Shown in pieces: positions 8,527 through 16,819 of a stretch of DNA of 64,000 bases (positions are counted from its first letter, which is position 1; each line of letters starts with the position of its first letter). Below the pieces are notes generated by a model, which ran no database searches, was not told the DNA's origin, and saw only the letters and a list, made by a program, of their open reading frames with translations. Origin of the DNA: a virus. A program made the translations under genes and the position numbers. The stretch is taken from IMG/VR virus record IMGVR_UViG_3300026532_000001. The stretch is one strand, 5' to 3'.

Positions 8527-9255
8527 ATGCGGTACTTTAATGCTGTGAAAGCAGGACGTGCACTTGGTATTTCAGACAAGACGATAAGGCGTTATATTGA
8601 GAAAGGTAGAATAAAGGCTATTCGGAAAGAGTCAGGGGAATTGGCTATAGCTGAGTCTGAAGTCGAGAAACTGAGGCGAGAGATAGAACAGGAGCGGCTT
8701 CAATTCGGAGAGTCTAGACTCGGTAGCTATGCTGCGGACAGTACAGGGTTGAACACTACCGAGATGTCTAGACAGGTGGAGACCTTGGAAGCTCGCATAG
8801 CCCAGCTTGAGCACCAACAACCAGAAATTACCGTACTCACGCGCGAGCTGGGCAAGCTTGCCGCTCGCTGTGATGTGCAGCAGGCCCACATCGAAGAGCT
8901 CGAACGTCGCATAGCATCCCTGGAGTCCAGAGACTATCCTGGCATCGCCCAGAACGTGCCTACACCACCTGCACCGTCTCCAACCACTCAGAATACTATT
9001 CCTCCCCAAGAGGCCCAGAAATCGAAGGTAGAGCCAAACAGAAAAGGTATGCTCTCGGCCTCAGACTTTGCCATGCAGCTCGGCATCAAGTACGACGATA
9101 TCAAGAATTACATGCGACGTGGTGTAAATGGTGAGATGCTAGACTTTACAGAGGTGCAGCATGCTACAAGGGCAGGATACAGCATGAAATATTTCACGGT
9201 AGATCAGCAGCAGAAGGCGCTAGAGGTGTTGAAGAGACATGGGAAAATAAAATAG
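8527..9255 (+). CDS. DNA-binding protein (excisionase/MerR-type HTH, coiled coil, C-terminal domain)
   Basis: N-terminus AGRALGISDKTIRRYIEKGRIKA, followed by a heptad-rich central region. Confidence 0.5.
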   Translation: MRYFNAVKAGRALGISDKTIRRYIEKGRIKAIRKESGELAIAESEVEKLRREIEQERLQFGESRLGSYAADSTGLNTTEMSRQVETLEARIAQLEHQQPEITVLTRELGKLAARCDVQQAHIEELERRIASLESRDYPGIAQNVPTPPAPSPTTQNTIPPQEAQKSKVEPNRKGMLSASDFAMQLGIKYDDIKNYMRRGVNGEMLDFTEVQHATRAGYSMKYFTVDQQQKALEVLKRHGKIK

Positions 9256-9269
9256 GAAAGGAGCAAAGT

Positions 9270-9443
9270 ATGTGGTGGTTTGTAGCAGTTTTGTGCTACA
9301 TGCTGTACTACGCTGGTATTGTAGCTATTGCCTATACGTGGTGGTTCAGCATGTGGTGGTGGTTCTGTATGGCTATTGTGTTGTGGATAGCTAATTTGCT
9401 TTTAGTGTGTTATATTAGGTCTAGCGATGTGCTAGACCTGTAA
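9270..9443 (+). CDS. small Trp-rich membrane protein (57 aa)
   Basis: AAGGAG (9258-9263) lies 6 nt before the ATG. Translation MWWFVAVLCYMLYYAGIVAIAYTWWFSMWWWFCMAIVLWIANLLLV suggests two hydrophobic helices. Below the ORF-track length cutoff. Confidence 0.45.
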   Translation: MWWFVAVLCYMLYYAGIVAIAYTWWFSMWWWFCMAIVLWIANLLLVCYIRSSDVLDL

Positions 9444-9465
9444 ATAAGAACAAGGAAGGTAAAAC

Positions 9466-9687
9466 ATGTTACAGTTTTTCAAACAGTTTGCAGAGTTATT
9501 AAGGGAAGCACTAGCGTATCTGGAATTAGACGAAGGATACGCACCTGAAGAGATACGGGAGGTAGAGATAGAAGGGCTCCAAAGAGGGCAGTGCATTGTG
9601 CGCTTTCCTGAGATCGGTGTGGAGTACTTTGCATCGAACTGGAGTCACATGTCAGGCAAGAATGCAGATTGGCTGTTTCTGAGATAG
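9466..9687 (+). CDS. hypothetical protein
   Basis: 73-aa ORF with GGAAGG upstream. No motif recognised. Confidence 0.4.
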   Translation: MLQFFKQFAELLREALAYLELDEGYAPEEIREVEIEGLQRGQCIVRFPEIGVEYFASNWSHMSGKNADWLFLR

Positions 9688-9723
9688 TTGAGGTTAGAGG
9701 GAGTGTGGGCTCCCTCTGCTATT

Positions 9724-10461
9724 CTAATACAATTGTCTCCTGTTATGAGCATCAATATCTCCTAATCTTGATACTGAGTACTCATGCTCGTAGTAGTCAG
9801 CATACTCGATACGCAGCCAACTACGAAATGTATCTAACAGATCATAGGGATAGATCCATACGCCTGTAGGTCGCTTCAAGTTGGGAACCCACAAAGGATG
9901 CTTAAAGCTTGCTGATACATCAACATCAGTATCTGTGCAGTATTCTCTCCATTTCCTACCACACGAACCATCAGGCAAAGCCCAATCCTTCAGTTCCTTC
10001 TGGAATGCTACAACGATCAATGCCTCTTTGTACATCTCGTTTACCACACACCAGTATCCTGCAGGAAGTAGTGACTCGTTCGCTATACAACGCTGCTGTA
10101 CATCTTTGTTGAACGGTATTGCCGATGGTTGCCCAATAGAGTAACTCCCTGTCTTGCGGATAGACGGGATGACTTCATCGGTTACCCAACGACGGAAACG
10201 TTTGGCGCTCTCTTTTCGGCTGGTAAAAACCAGATGATAGACGCCCGACTCATTGACACACCACATCTTCCTATTTTGACCTGACCCGTACACTACACGG
10301 GTCAGCTTTTCATCATCATCTAGTCTGCGAATTGCGACCTCAGTATCAGCAATCTCTAAAACTTGACACACATCAGCAGCTACCCACCAAGGCTCTCCAT
10401 CGACTAGGACAATGCGAAGATCTTGCTCCTCAAAACTAAAAAGTTGTAAACTCTCACCCAT
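9724..10461 (-). CDS. Bro-N domain protein (antirepressor-like)
   Basis: N-terminus FSFEEQDLRIVLVDGEPWWVAADVCQVLEI...ESGVYHLVFTSRKESAKRFRRWVTDEVIPSIRKTG is typical of Bro-N. Confidence 0.75.
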   Translation of the reverse strand: MGESLQLFSFEEQDLRIVLVDGEPWWVAADVCQVLEIADTEVAIRRLDDDEKLTRVVYGSGQNRKMWCVNESGVYHLVFTSRKESAKRFRRWVTDEVIPSIRKTGSYSIGQPSAIPFNKDVQQRCIANESLLPAGYWCVVNEMYKEALIVVAFQKELKDWALPDGSCGRKWREYCTDTDVDVSASFKHPLWVPNLKRPTGVWIYPYDLLDTFRSWLRIEYADYYEHEYSVSRLGDIDAHNRRQLY

Positions 10462-10490
10462 GGTAAGGCTAACTCCTTATCAACTGGCTA

Positions 10491-10570
10491 GCACACCTCT
10501 CCAAAGGTGTGCGAACAGTGGTTAGGGCATGCGCCGACTGTTCTTGGTCGGACACTCGCGGCGTATGCCC
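10491..10570 (-). promoter_or_regulatory. two tandem stem-loops in the spacer between 10573..10797 and the Bro-N gene
   Basis: 8-bp hairpin 10491-10512 (gcacacct/aggtgtgc) and a long imperfect hairpin 10525-10570 (gggcatgcgccg.../...cgcggcgtatgccc). No U-tract. Confidence 0.35.
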
Positions 10571-10572
10571 GG

Positions 10573-10797
10573 CTAGACTAATACTTCCTCTTCCTTTTCC
10601 TTCTCACCAGCAATCCAAGGCTTCTCAAAGACATTTCTCAGCTTTTCAACTTCTTGAGCAGATAAGTATGTCTTCCTATCACCTTTGAACTTATGGCCTT
10701 TCATGTCTATAATCTTCATTCGGTTATATACAGTTGCCCTATTTTTGCCTATAGCTCGTGCAACTTCCTCAAGAGTATAATACTCTTTTTCTTGCAT
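10573..10797 (-). CDS. excisionase/MerR-type HTH protein
   Basis: YYTLEEVARAIGKNRATVYNRMK HTH-like N-terminus; 74 aa. Confidence 0.55.
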   Translation of the reverse strand: MQEKEYYTLEEVARAIGKNRATVYNRMKIIDMKGHKFKGDRKTYLSAQEVEKLRNVFEKPWIAGEKEKEEEVLV

Positions 10798-10847
10798 TAT
10801 CCTCTCCTTTCAAAACTGTCTAGAAAGCGTCTTGCTTCCATGCCTTA

Positions 10848-10876
10848 AAGATACCATCTAAATAATGAATTGTCAA
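10848..10876 (-). promoter_or_regulatory. sigma70-like promoter (extended -10) for 10573..10797
   Basis: Minus strand TTGACA (10871-10876), 17 nt, TGgTATCTT (10848-10856). Confidence 0.45.
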
Positions 10877-10915
10877 GCAATTTTATCAAACTGTCTAAAT
10901 TGACATGAAAAACTG

Positions 10916-10944
10916 TTGACAAAGTGTCGAATTTGGGGTATACT
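10916..10944 (+). promoter_or_regulatory. sigma70-like promoter for the 10989.. operon
   Basis: TTGACA (10916-10921), 17 nt, TATACT (10939-10944). AAACTGT(CTAGA/CTAAA/TGAC) repeats lie at 10813, 10888 and 10910. Confidence 0.55.
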
Positions 10945-10988
10945 ACTTGTAGTTGAGAGAACACAAAACCAAATGGAGGGCAAGGACA

Positions 10989-11399
10989 ATGGTAGCAATC
11001 AATCAGAGAGAAATCACCATCATTCGCAGGTACTTCTGCAAGCAGGACTACGCTCCTAAAGGGCTTCATAAAGGCGACGTCGTTTTGATCGTTCGCAACG
11101 ACCAGGACAAAGAGTATGAAGTTATCCTGCGTAAGAATAGAGCTCATATCTGCTCGTGTCCTGCTGGCCAGCATGGTCGTAAATGCTACCACGTGTCCAC
11201 CCTGGTTCAAGTTGAGAATGCGAGAATAGAAGCTCGTAAGGCCGCTAGGGTTGTCGAGATGCCCGCGCAAAAGGTAGTCGAGCCTCTCGCGGAAAAAGTC
11301 ATCCAGTTCAAAAAGGACTGGGGCAAGCCAAATCGCCAAAAAGAGGACTGGGCTGAGACAGCAGCTCTCGCCAACAGTCGAGCGTTCAAAATCATTTAG
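10989..11399 (+). CDS. SWIM zinc-finger protein
   Basis: CSCPAGQHGRKCYH signature. GGAGG at 10975-10979 lies before ATG 10989. Confidence 0.55.
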   Translation: MVAINQREITIIRRYFCKQDYAPKGLHKGDVVLIVRNDQDKEYEVILRKNRAHICSCPAGQHGRKCYHVSTLVQVENARIEARKAARVVEMPAQKVVEPLAEKVIQFKKDWGKPNRQKEDWAETAALANSRAFKII

Positions 11400-11421
11400 T
11401 GGGAGAAAGGAGCATTTCGAG

Positions 11422-11772
11422 ATGGCAGCTCTCTTCCATGTCTCCGGGTGGACTGATCTCTCTGAGATGTCCGTGGGCTCCACGTTCATCCTCAGTCCAG
11501 GTCGGCAGTGCGCAGAGGGTCTGGGCGTGTACTTCGCAGAGGACGCGTCCCGGGTGAGTGCTGCGGAAGGGTGTCAGGGCAATCCCGCCGCCATCGTGGT
11601 GATCGAGGCCTCCGACAACGTGGGCTGGTGGCAATCGAAAGCTGCCAAAGCTCGCAAGTTTGGCAAAGCGAGAACGTGGCATAGCGATGGGAAGCGGGTT
11701 GAGTGCACAGTTGAGGCAATTGATTGTTTTAGTGAAATTCCAGTTCTGCATTGTGTGTGGGATTGGGCATAG
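11422..11772 (+). CDS. hypothetical protein, possible minimal ADP-ribosyltransferase-like fold (speculative)
   Basis: Conserved GAAAGGAGCA SD. LFHVSG (H6), GLGVYFAED (Y37) and VVIEASD (E62) resemble the spacing of an H-Y-E ART. The ORF is solid; the function is a guess. Confidence 0.25.
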   Translation: MAALFHVSGWTDLSEMSVGSTFILSPGRQCAEGLGVYFAEDASRVSAAEGCQGNPAAIVVIEASDNVGWWQSKAAKARKFGKARTWHSDGKRVECTVEAIDCFSEIPVLHCVWDWA

Positions 11773-11792
11773 TTTTCAAGAAAGGCATTATC

Positions 11793-12791
11793 ATGAGTGT
11801 ATTAGAAATAATAGAAGGGATATCTTCCCTTCAGGATTTTCAAATAACGGATGAACTTGGAGATAATCCATTTTTGATCCGATATGTCCACGATGGCGTG
11901 GACATCGAGATCGGAAGGTATACCGAAAGAGCTCAATCTTGGCTGACGCTTGAGTTCTTAAAAACCAAGTTAACTGAGCAGCTCAAAAAATATGAGAATG
12001 TCGTCAATGCTGTTCTATCCTTGCGATGCAAAGGTGTGGATGTCAAGATCCGGAAATTCCGTGATTGGACAATGGTCCATGCATTTGGAGGTGAGATTGA
12101 GGCAAGGTCATTTCTCCATCTTTCTTCAATAGAAGAAATAGAGGAGAAAATTCTTGAAATGTCCCCAGATCATGTATCAAAGTGGTTTTCATTCTGGAAA
12201 GGAGAATTCTCCAAGATTCAATCTTTGAAGTCTATCGAGATTGATACATTTCATAAGATCCATATTGACCTTGAAGGATTCGGGGAATTCTCTGTTCCCT
12301 ATGAGAAAAGGGAACATTGGAGTGTGGTGTTGGCAGAGTTAATCCAGATCTGCCAAGCGCATGAGCAGCAAAGCAGAAATCTTCGCGAAATCCTTGAATC
12401 CTCTCCTCTTCGTGTTCGAAAATTCTGTGAAAGAGGGATGACGTTTGTTGTTCCCGCAAGTGATGAATCTCGTTTGAAGGGGTTCAAGCGAGAGGCTTGG
12501 GATGGAACCCCCTATACCATCTATGGTATAGACGTTGAGCCATTCAGAGCAATGTTTCCCCCTGATCGTGTGTACAAGTTCAATCCATGGGGTGGATCAA
12601 TTTCTCCCATCGAATTCATCGCAGAAGTTGATGGGAAAGACCTGCGATTTGGGTATTCCTGGAGTAGAACAGAGAGTTGGGGTGATCATCTCTCTCCAGA
12701 TGAGTGGAGAGAGATACCAGCAGGCTCAGAAACCATCTCAGGATATGAGGAACTAGGGAGGTTTCCTGCTATCATTTTGACTGTCAATTGA
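11793..12791 (+). CDS. hypothetical protein
   Basis: 332-aa ORF from ATG 11793 (AGAAAGG upstream). No motif recognised. Confidence 0.5.
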   Translation: MSVLEIIEGISSLQDFQITDELGDNPFLIRYVHDGVDIEIGRYTERAQSWLTLEFLKTKLTEQLKKYENVVNAVLSLRCKGVDVKIRKFRDWTMVHAFGGEIEARSFLHLSSIEEIEEKILEMSPDHVSKWFSFWKGEFSKIQSLKSIEIDTFHKIHIDLEGFGEFSVPYEKREHWSVVLAELIQICQAHEQQSRNLREILESSPLRVRKFCERGMTFVVPASDESRLKGFKREAWDGTPYTIYGIDVEPFRAMFPPDRVYKFNPWGGSISPIEFIAEVDGKDLRFGYSWSRTESWGDHLSPDEWREIPAGSETISGYEELGRFPAIILTVN

Positions 12792-12876
12792 GGCAATTCA
12801 TGTATAAGAGAGTATCCCCGTCCTGCAATGCGCATGGATGTGGAAATAGTCCCGAAAGGGAGAAGGGACAAATCAA

Positions 12877-13152
12877 ATGAACTAGAAGAATGCAAAGAAT
12901 TCAGGTGAGGAGCGTGGTAAGCGCTTTCTCCGCCACAATCCAGATGTCTCGAAGGCAGAGTTCGAGTCCCACGGGCGCACTATCGCCCAAATGGAGACGC
13001 GGTGGATACCGACACAGGATCTCTTCATCGAAGGGTGGAATAGCGTCTGGAAGGAGCCAGAACAGCCCAAAGTCATCCCGATCAAGCGGGACGTGCTCGA
13101 CGCGCCACTGAACGGGAATAGGGGCTTCCCAAGTTTGAAGTTAGTATCATAG
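12877..13152 (+). pseudogene. small ORF with an in-frame TAG at codon 3 (amber allele, readthrough or reinitiation)
   Basis: The conserved junction/SD motif (12847-12862) precedes ATG 12877. Reading is ATG AAC TAG, then 88 open codons (KNAKNSGEERGKRFLRHNPDV...) ending at TAG 13150-13152. Confidence 0.35.
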
Positions 13153-13182
13153 TCCCGCAATGCGGGAAAGGAGCATTTTGTC

Positions 13183-13374
13183 ATGAAACTCACGAAACAT
13201 TATCGCGACTCCCTGGATAATCCCATCTGCACGGAGTGTGCAGGGATTTCAATCCTCAAGCTCACCACGCAAGAGGGCGTGGAAGAGCCCACACAAAACT
13301 ACGAGCCTCTTGAGTGTGCTGGGTGTTTCAATCTCATCCTGCTAGAGGACGAGGCAGAGGCTAATAGCCCCTAG
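13183..13374 (+). CDS. small zinc-ribbon protein
   Basis: 63 aa with CTEC...CAGC. Preceded by the junction motif. Confidence 0.5.
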   Translation: MKLTKHYRDSLDNPICTECAGISILKLTTQEGVEEPTQNYEPLECAGCFNLILLEDEAEANSP

Positions 13375-13393
13375 TCCTGAAAGGAGCAACATC

Positions 13394-13537
13394 ATGCAGA
13401 AAGTGTATGTTGTTCAAGTTGTTGGCAAGCCAGGCTACGGTGGTCGGTTTGTCAACCTGGACGATGCGCAACGTGCTCAGGGGATACTGAGTCGTATCCA
13501 CAAAAAAGTGCGTATCGTCCAAGAACGTAGAAAATAG
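13394..13537 (+). CDS. hypothetical small protein (47 aa)
   Basis: The junction motif supplies the SD. Translation is MQKVYVVQVVGKPGYGGRFVNLDDAQRAQGILSRIHKKVRIVQERRK. Below the ORF-track cutoff. Confidence 0.45.
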   Translation: MQKVYVVQVVGKPGYGGRFVNLDDAQRAQGILSRIHKKVRIVQERRK

Positions 13538-13556
13538 TCCCGAAAGGAGCATGCAA

Positions 13557-13787
13557 ATGTCACAAGAATATAGGGATATTCAGGAAGTATTGAATGTTGT
13601 TTCAGATCTCAGAAATGAGATTGCAGAGCTGAAACAGCGTGTCAGAGATCTAGAGCGGATTGAAGAGTCGAGAAGCGATAGGGAAGGATACGCAGAGCAC
13701 GGGGATAGATATGCAGGAAAGCATCCTAGATCGTGCGCATGTGATAGGTGTTTGCAGCGTCAATTTGGATCGTGGGGTTCGAGATGA
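13557..13787 (+). CDS. hypothetical protein (coiled-coil N-terminus)
   Basis: ATG 13557 has better SD spacing than ATG 13551. Confidence 0.5.
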   Translation: MSQEYRDIQEVLNVVSDLRNEIAELKQRVRDLERIEESRSDREGYAEHGDRYAGKHPRSCACDRCLQRQFGSWGSR

Positions 13788-14014
13788 GCAAACTACAAAC
13801 TGCTCTGGGGACTCTCATCGTCTTCAAGAGCGGCACAACCTTCGAGATCATCAAATTTGGTGATCTCAGCATGAAGATTGCAACGGGCTTTACAAGCATC
13901 AATGAGGTAGGTGAGTGGGTACGTGCTAGAGGCGGAACTATTGGAGCCAGAGGCAATCATCCATTTATCGGAGAGTATCGGGAGATCTATCTCCCGGGGA
14001 AGGAGCAATTTTAG
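13784..14014 (+). CDS. hypothetical protein
   Basis: ATGA overlap with the upstream stop; 76 aa. Confidence 0.45.
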   Translation: MSKLQTALGTLIVFKSGTTFEIIKFGDLSMKIATGFTSINEVGEWVRARGGTIGARGNHPFIGEYREIYLPGKEQF

Positions 14015-14296
14015 ATGTTTGAAACGCAAATAGCCAGAGGCGTCATGTTTCTGGATAAGGAACAAGGACGTGACTGGATTAAGTGCATTAGGATAGAGCA
14101 GTTGCACATGCAAAGTGCGTGCAACTGTGTACTAGGGCAATTATTCGGAGATTTTATGAATAGATTAGATATCAACAGTAGAGGGGAGATTTTCGGTTTC
14201 TATCTCCCAATAGAAAGGGAGAATGAGTATGCTTCTCTTACGCAAGAGTGGCGTGATAAGATTTTTCAGCTCAGAAAGGAGCGCGGGTATGCTTGA
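14015..14296 (+). CDS. hypothetical protein
   Basis: 93-aa ORF with a GGAGCA SD immediately upstream. Confidence 0.5.
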   Translation: MFETQIARGVMFLDKEQGRDWIKCIRIEQLHMQSACNCVLGQLFGDFMNRLDINSRGEIFGFYLPIERENEYASLTQEWRDKIFQLRKERGYA

Positions 14297-14582
14297 ATCA
14301 GAAATCGTGTCTGTGAAGTGTGAACGGTGTGAGCAGATGGTTCTTGCTCATGATGGACAAGAGCATCCATGCTGGAAAGAAGAGCAAGAGATGCAAGTCT
14401 TGGAAGATGCGATGTGGGAGAAGTATCAGGCAGAGCAGGCGATAGAGCCTGCAGAGATTATCGACAGCCTTGCTCAGGATGGCCGTCAGGTCTGCGGCGC
14501 GTATGATCCCCACGACGCGACAATCTGCGAGTGTGGGAATATCTTCTGCTTAGGATGTGATCCTAAGCAAGAGGAGTTCTGA
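14289..14582 (+). CDS. small zinc-ribbon protein
   Basis: CERCEQ...CECGNIFCLGC. Its start overlaps the upstream stop. Confidence 0.5.
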   Translation: MLESEIVSVKCERCEQMVLAHDGQEHPCWKEEQEMQVLEDAMWEKYQAEQAIEPAEIIDSLAQDGRQVCGAYDPHDATICECGNIFCLGCDPKQEEF

Positions 14583-14590
14583 GCGTGGTT

Positions 14591-14626
14591 GGGAAGGCCG
14601 ACAGGTTACACAGCCTTCCCCTTTGT
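14591..14626 (+). terminator. hairpin terminator candidate
   Basis: gggaaggc (14591-14598) pairs with gccttccc (14613-14620), followed by ctttgt. Confidence 0.4.
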
Positions 14627-14696
14627 ACGGTGGATCGGGACTGGTGTCGAGGTCAGTCCCATAGCAAATAATATATCATAGGGAGGAAATTTTATC

Positions 14697-15365
14697 ATGG
14701 CAAATCAAGCTCCTGAGAGAGTCGTCAATGGCATTAAAACGCGTGTCATCCATCAGAAAGATTATGTCGAGGTAAGTACGCGTGTCCATATCCTGCATGA
14801 GTTGCGCAAAGCGGGCGAAATCAAAGAGTTCGAGATGGTCGAGAGTGAGCCCCACGAGATTGCGGGATATGCGTACTGGCGGGTGAGCGCCCGCATCGAC
14901 GGAAAGCTCTACATAGGCGACGCGGAGATCAAATTTGATGCTCCCAAGAATACGCCTGACGGAACGAACCCCATCAGTTGCGCGGAGACCTCTGCATTTG
15001 GGCGCATGCTGGCTTTTGCAGGGCTGGGCACAGTTGACAGCATTGCGAGCTACGATGAGGTAGCAAGAGGTAAGCCGTTTACACAGATCGTAGAACATGT
15101 GTCGGATCGCGTTGTCGAGTCCTCAAATCGTCGGCAGCTCCCTCCTCAGACTGAAGAGGACAAGAGGAAAGCACGCCTCAATGAGATCTTCAAGTCTGGC
15201 AAGTCCAAGGGGCTCTTTGGCAACAAAGATGAGATGGCAGAATATATCAGTGCTGGGCTCAAAATGGAGATCAATCCAGAGGATATTGCAACGTTGGATG
15301 ATGAGCATTTGCTAGTCATAGAGCAGGATATTGAGACTGCTCAGGGGCTAGCAGAGGCATCCTAG
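14697..15365 (+). CDS. Rad52/Sak-like single-strand annealing protein (putative)
   Basis: AETSAFGRMLAFAGLG resembles the Rad52-family A-x-T-D-x-x-K-R-x-x-x-x-F-G-x-x-L-G segment. The gene sits in the early/recombination region. Confidence 0.4.
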   Translation: MANQAPERVVNGIKTRVIHQKDYVEVSTRVHILHELRKAGEIKEFEMVESEPHEIAGYAYWRVSARIDGKLYIGDAEIKFDAPKNTPDGTNPISCAETSAFGRMLAFAGLGTVDSIASYDEVARGKPFTQIVEHVSDRVVESSNRRQLPPQTEEDKRKARLNEIFKSGKSKGLFGNKDEMAEYISAGLKMEINPEDIATLDDEHLLVIEQDIETAQGLAEAS

Positions 15366-15379
15366 CTCTTGTGCGAGAA

Positions 15380-15412
15380 AGGGGCAGACCATCTGGGATC
15401 TGCCCCTTTTTG
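15380..15412. terminator. strong rho-independent terminator (potentially bidirectional)
   Basis: 9-bp GC-rich stem aggggcaga/tctgcccct, 10-nt loop, then TTTTTG. Lies between convergent genes. Confidence 0.8.
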
Positions 15413-15416
15413 TTGC

Positions 15417-15650
15417 CTATGCCTCCATCGCTTGCACCAGCAGCACATCCGCTTCTTCGCCAATGCGCTCCCGCAACTCCTCATGCAGCATTCCCACCTT
15501 CTCCATCTTTGCAGTGATGATCGCATGCTTTGCCACCTCTGCATAGCCGTGCATTGCTCTGCGTGCTGCCTCGCACTCGGCGTCGAGCTGCTCTCTTAGA
15601 CGCGCTACATCACTCTGGTTATGTAGAACATTGTTTCTAATCTCTTGCAT
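15417..15650 (-). CDS. hypothetical protein (77 aa, helical)
   Basis: Start placed at MQEIRNN with AAAGGA upstream. The longer 140-aa reading overlaps the divergent HTH gene. Confidence 0.45.
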   Translation of the reverse strand: MQEIRNNVLHNQSDVARLREQLDAECEAARRAMHGYAEVAKHAIITAKMEKVGMLHEELRERIGEEADVLLVQAMEA

Positions 15651-16011
15651 GTCCAATCCTTTCTCGTTATGCAAGAATGAAATACTCTTTGTGGAGAGTG
15701 TACCATACCAACAGGGAAAAGTAGCCAAAGTGGATACGCTGCTAGCCAAAACCTCTGCTATAGTTGGTCGAAACCGAACAAGGCAACCAGTGCTAGAAAA
15801 CCTCTTCCCAGTTCGTCTGAAGCAAATCCGCAAGAGCAAGAAGATGACACAACTTCAGCTCTCAATTGCTTTGGGAGTCCACATCAACACTGTCAAGCGA
15901 TGGGAAAAGGGCACAAGATACCCGGGACCTGGAGAAATGCAGGCACTAGCACAAGCCTTGGGCGTACCGATCAGGGACCTCGTGACCTTCCCTGAGCACC
16001 CAGAAATCTAA
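15631..16011 (+). CDS. XRE-family HTH regulator (start uncertain, possibly as late as GTG 15790)
   Basis: C-terminal 70 aa VRLKQIRKSKKMTQLQLSIALGVHINTVKRWEKGTRYP is a canonical XRE HTH. Confidence 0.6.
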   Translation: MFLISCMSNPFSLCKNEILFVESVPYQQGKVAKVDTLLAKTSAIVGRNRTRQPVLENLFPVRLKQIRKSKKMTQLQLSIALGVHINTVKRWEKGTRYPGPGEMQALAQALGVPIRDLVTFPEHPEI

Positions 16012-16579
16012 CAAACCAAAGAGCATGCGAGCAGCAGGTGAGTCGTGACCGCACGCTCCCACACAAGAAAACACCACACTCGGGCGAGAAATCGCACCGA
16101 GATTTTGTCGTGCAAACCTCTACCGGTAATACCAAATCTCAACCAATCTTTACCACATCTCAACCAGTGTCATGAGAAAAGAGTCCCCTTCTTAATGCAA
16201 AATTAACATATGCACTTTTTGTGCAATCTCATCCATATGTAGTTACACAAGCATATTACAGATACGGAAGGTTGGACTTCGCCAATGGACAATCTCATCC
16301 CGCCCTAGAGCCACTTCCTCTTGCCAGTCCTCTCTCAGGGTATCTTTGTCCCTTTTTTGCTTGCATAAAAAGAGCATAGGCATATCTAACATTCTCTCTG
16401 TGCTTGTCATTTACAAGCGATAATAGCGAGTCTACGGTGATCGTGTTCTACATATAGTGGAAACTGGCTTCTGCGTACGGCTCACGCGTACATATGTAAA
16501 TTTACACCTGTCAAAATCCACTTTCGGCTAGGTGGAGCGCCGAACCATACTATTTTTCATCTACCTCGGAGGCACAGCA

Positions 16580-16819
16580 ATGATCCTTATGCTGGAGAGA
16601 AACGGCACACCGCACTTTACGCCTCGCGAGCGGCAAATACTACATCTTGTCGCACATGCCTATACAAATAGAGAAATAGCGCAAATGCTTGGCATGAAAG
16701 AGAGTAACGTGCAAAACAAAATATACACTGTTATGCGTATAACAGGAGTACACAACAGAATTCAGATTATCCGCTATGCTATTGAGCATGGCTATGCAGA
16801 AGGAGATTATTCACCGTGA
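16580..16819 (+). CDS. LuxR/GerE-type HTH regulator
   Basis: FTPRERQILHLVAHAYTNREIAQMLGMKESNVQNKIYTVMRITGVHNR. GGAGG lies 7 nt before ATG 16580. Confidence 0.7.
   Translation: MILMLERNGTPHFTPRERQILHLVAHAYTNREIAQMLGMKESNVQNKIYTVMRITGVHNRIQIIRYAIEHGYAEGDYSP

Larger units (their letters stand above)
12847..13551 (+). repeat. repeated intercistronic junction TAGTCC(C/T)GAAAGGAGCA (4 copies)
   Basis: Copies at 12847-12862, 13150-13175 (with an inserted cccgcaatgcggg hairpin), 13372-13388 and 13535-13551. In three copies the TAG is the stop of the preceding cistron, and all copies supply the next SD. Confidence 0.8.

Noticed and set aside
12882-13193. ORFs 12882..13193 (-) and 12890..13111 (+) in the 12.8-13.2 kb gap.
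   Set aside because: Their R/S-rich translations look off-frame. The third frame gives ordinary protein sequence behind a proper SD and is reported as the amber-interrupted ORF.
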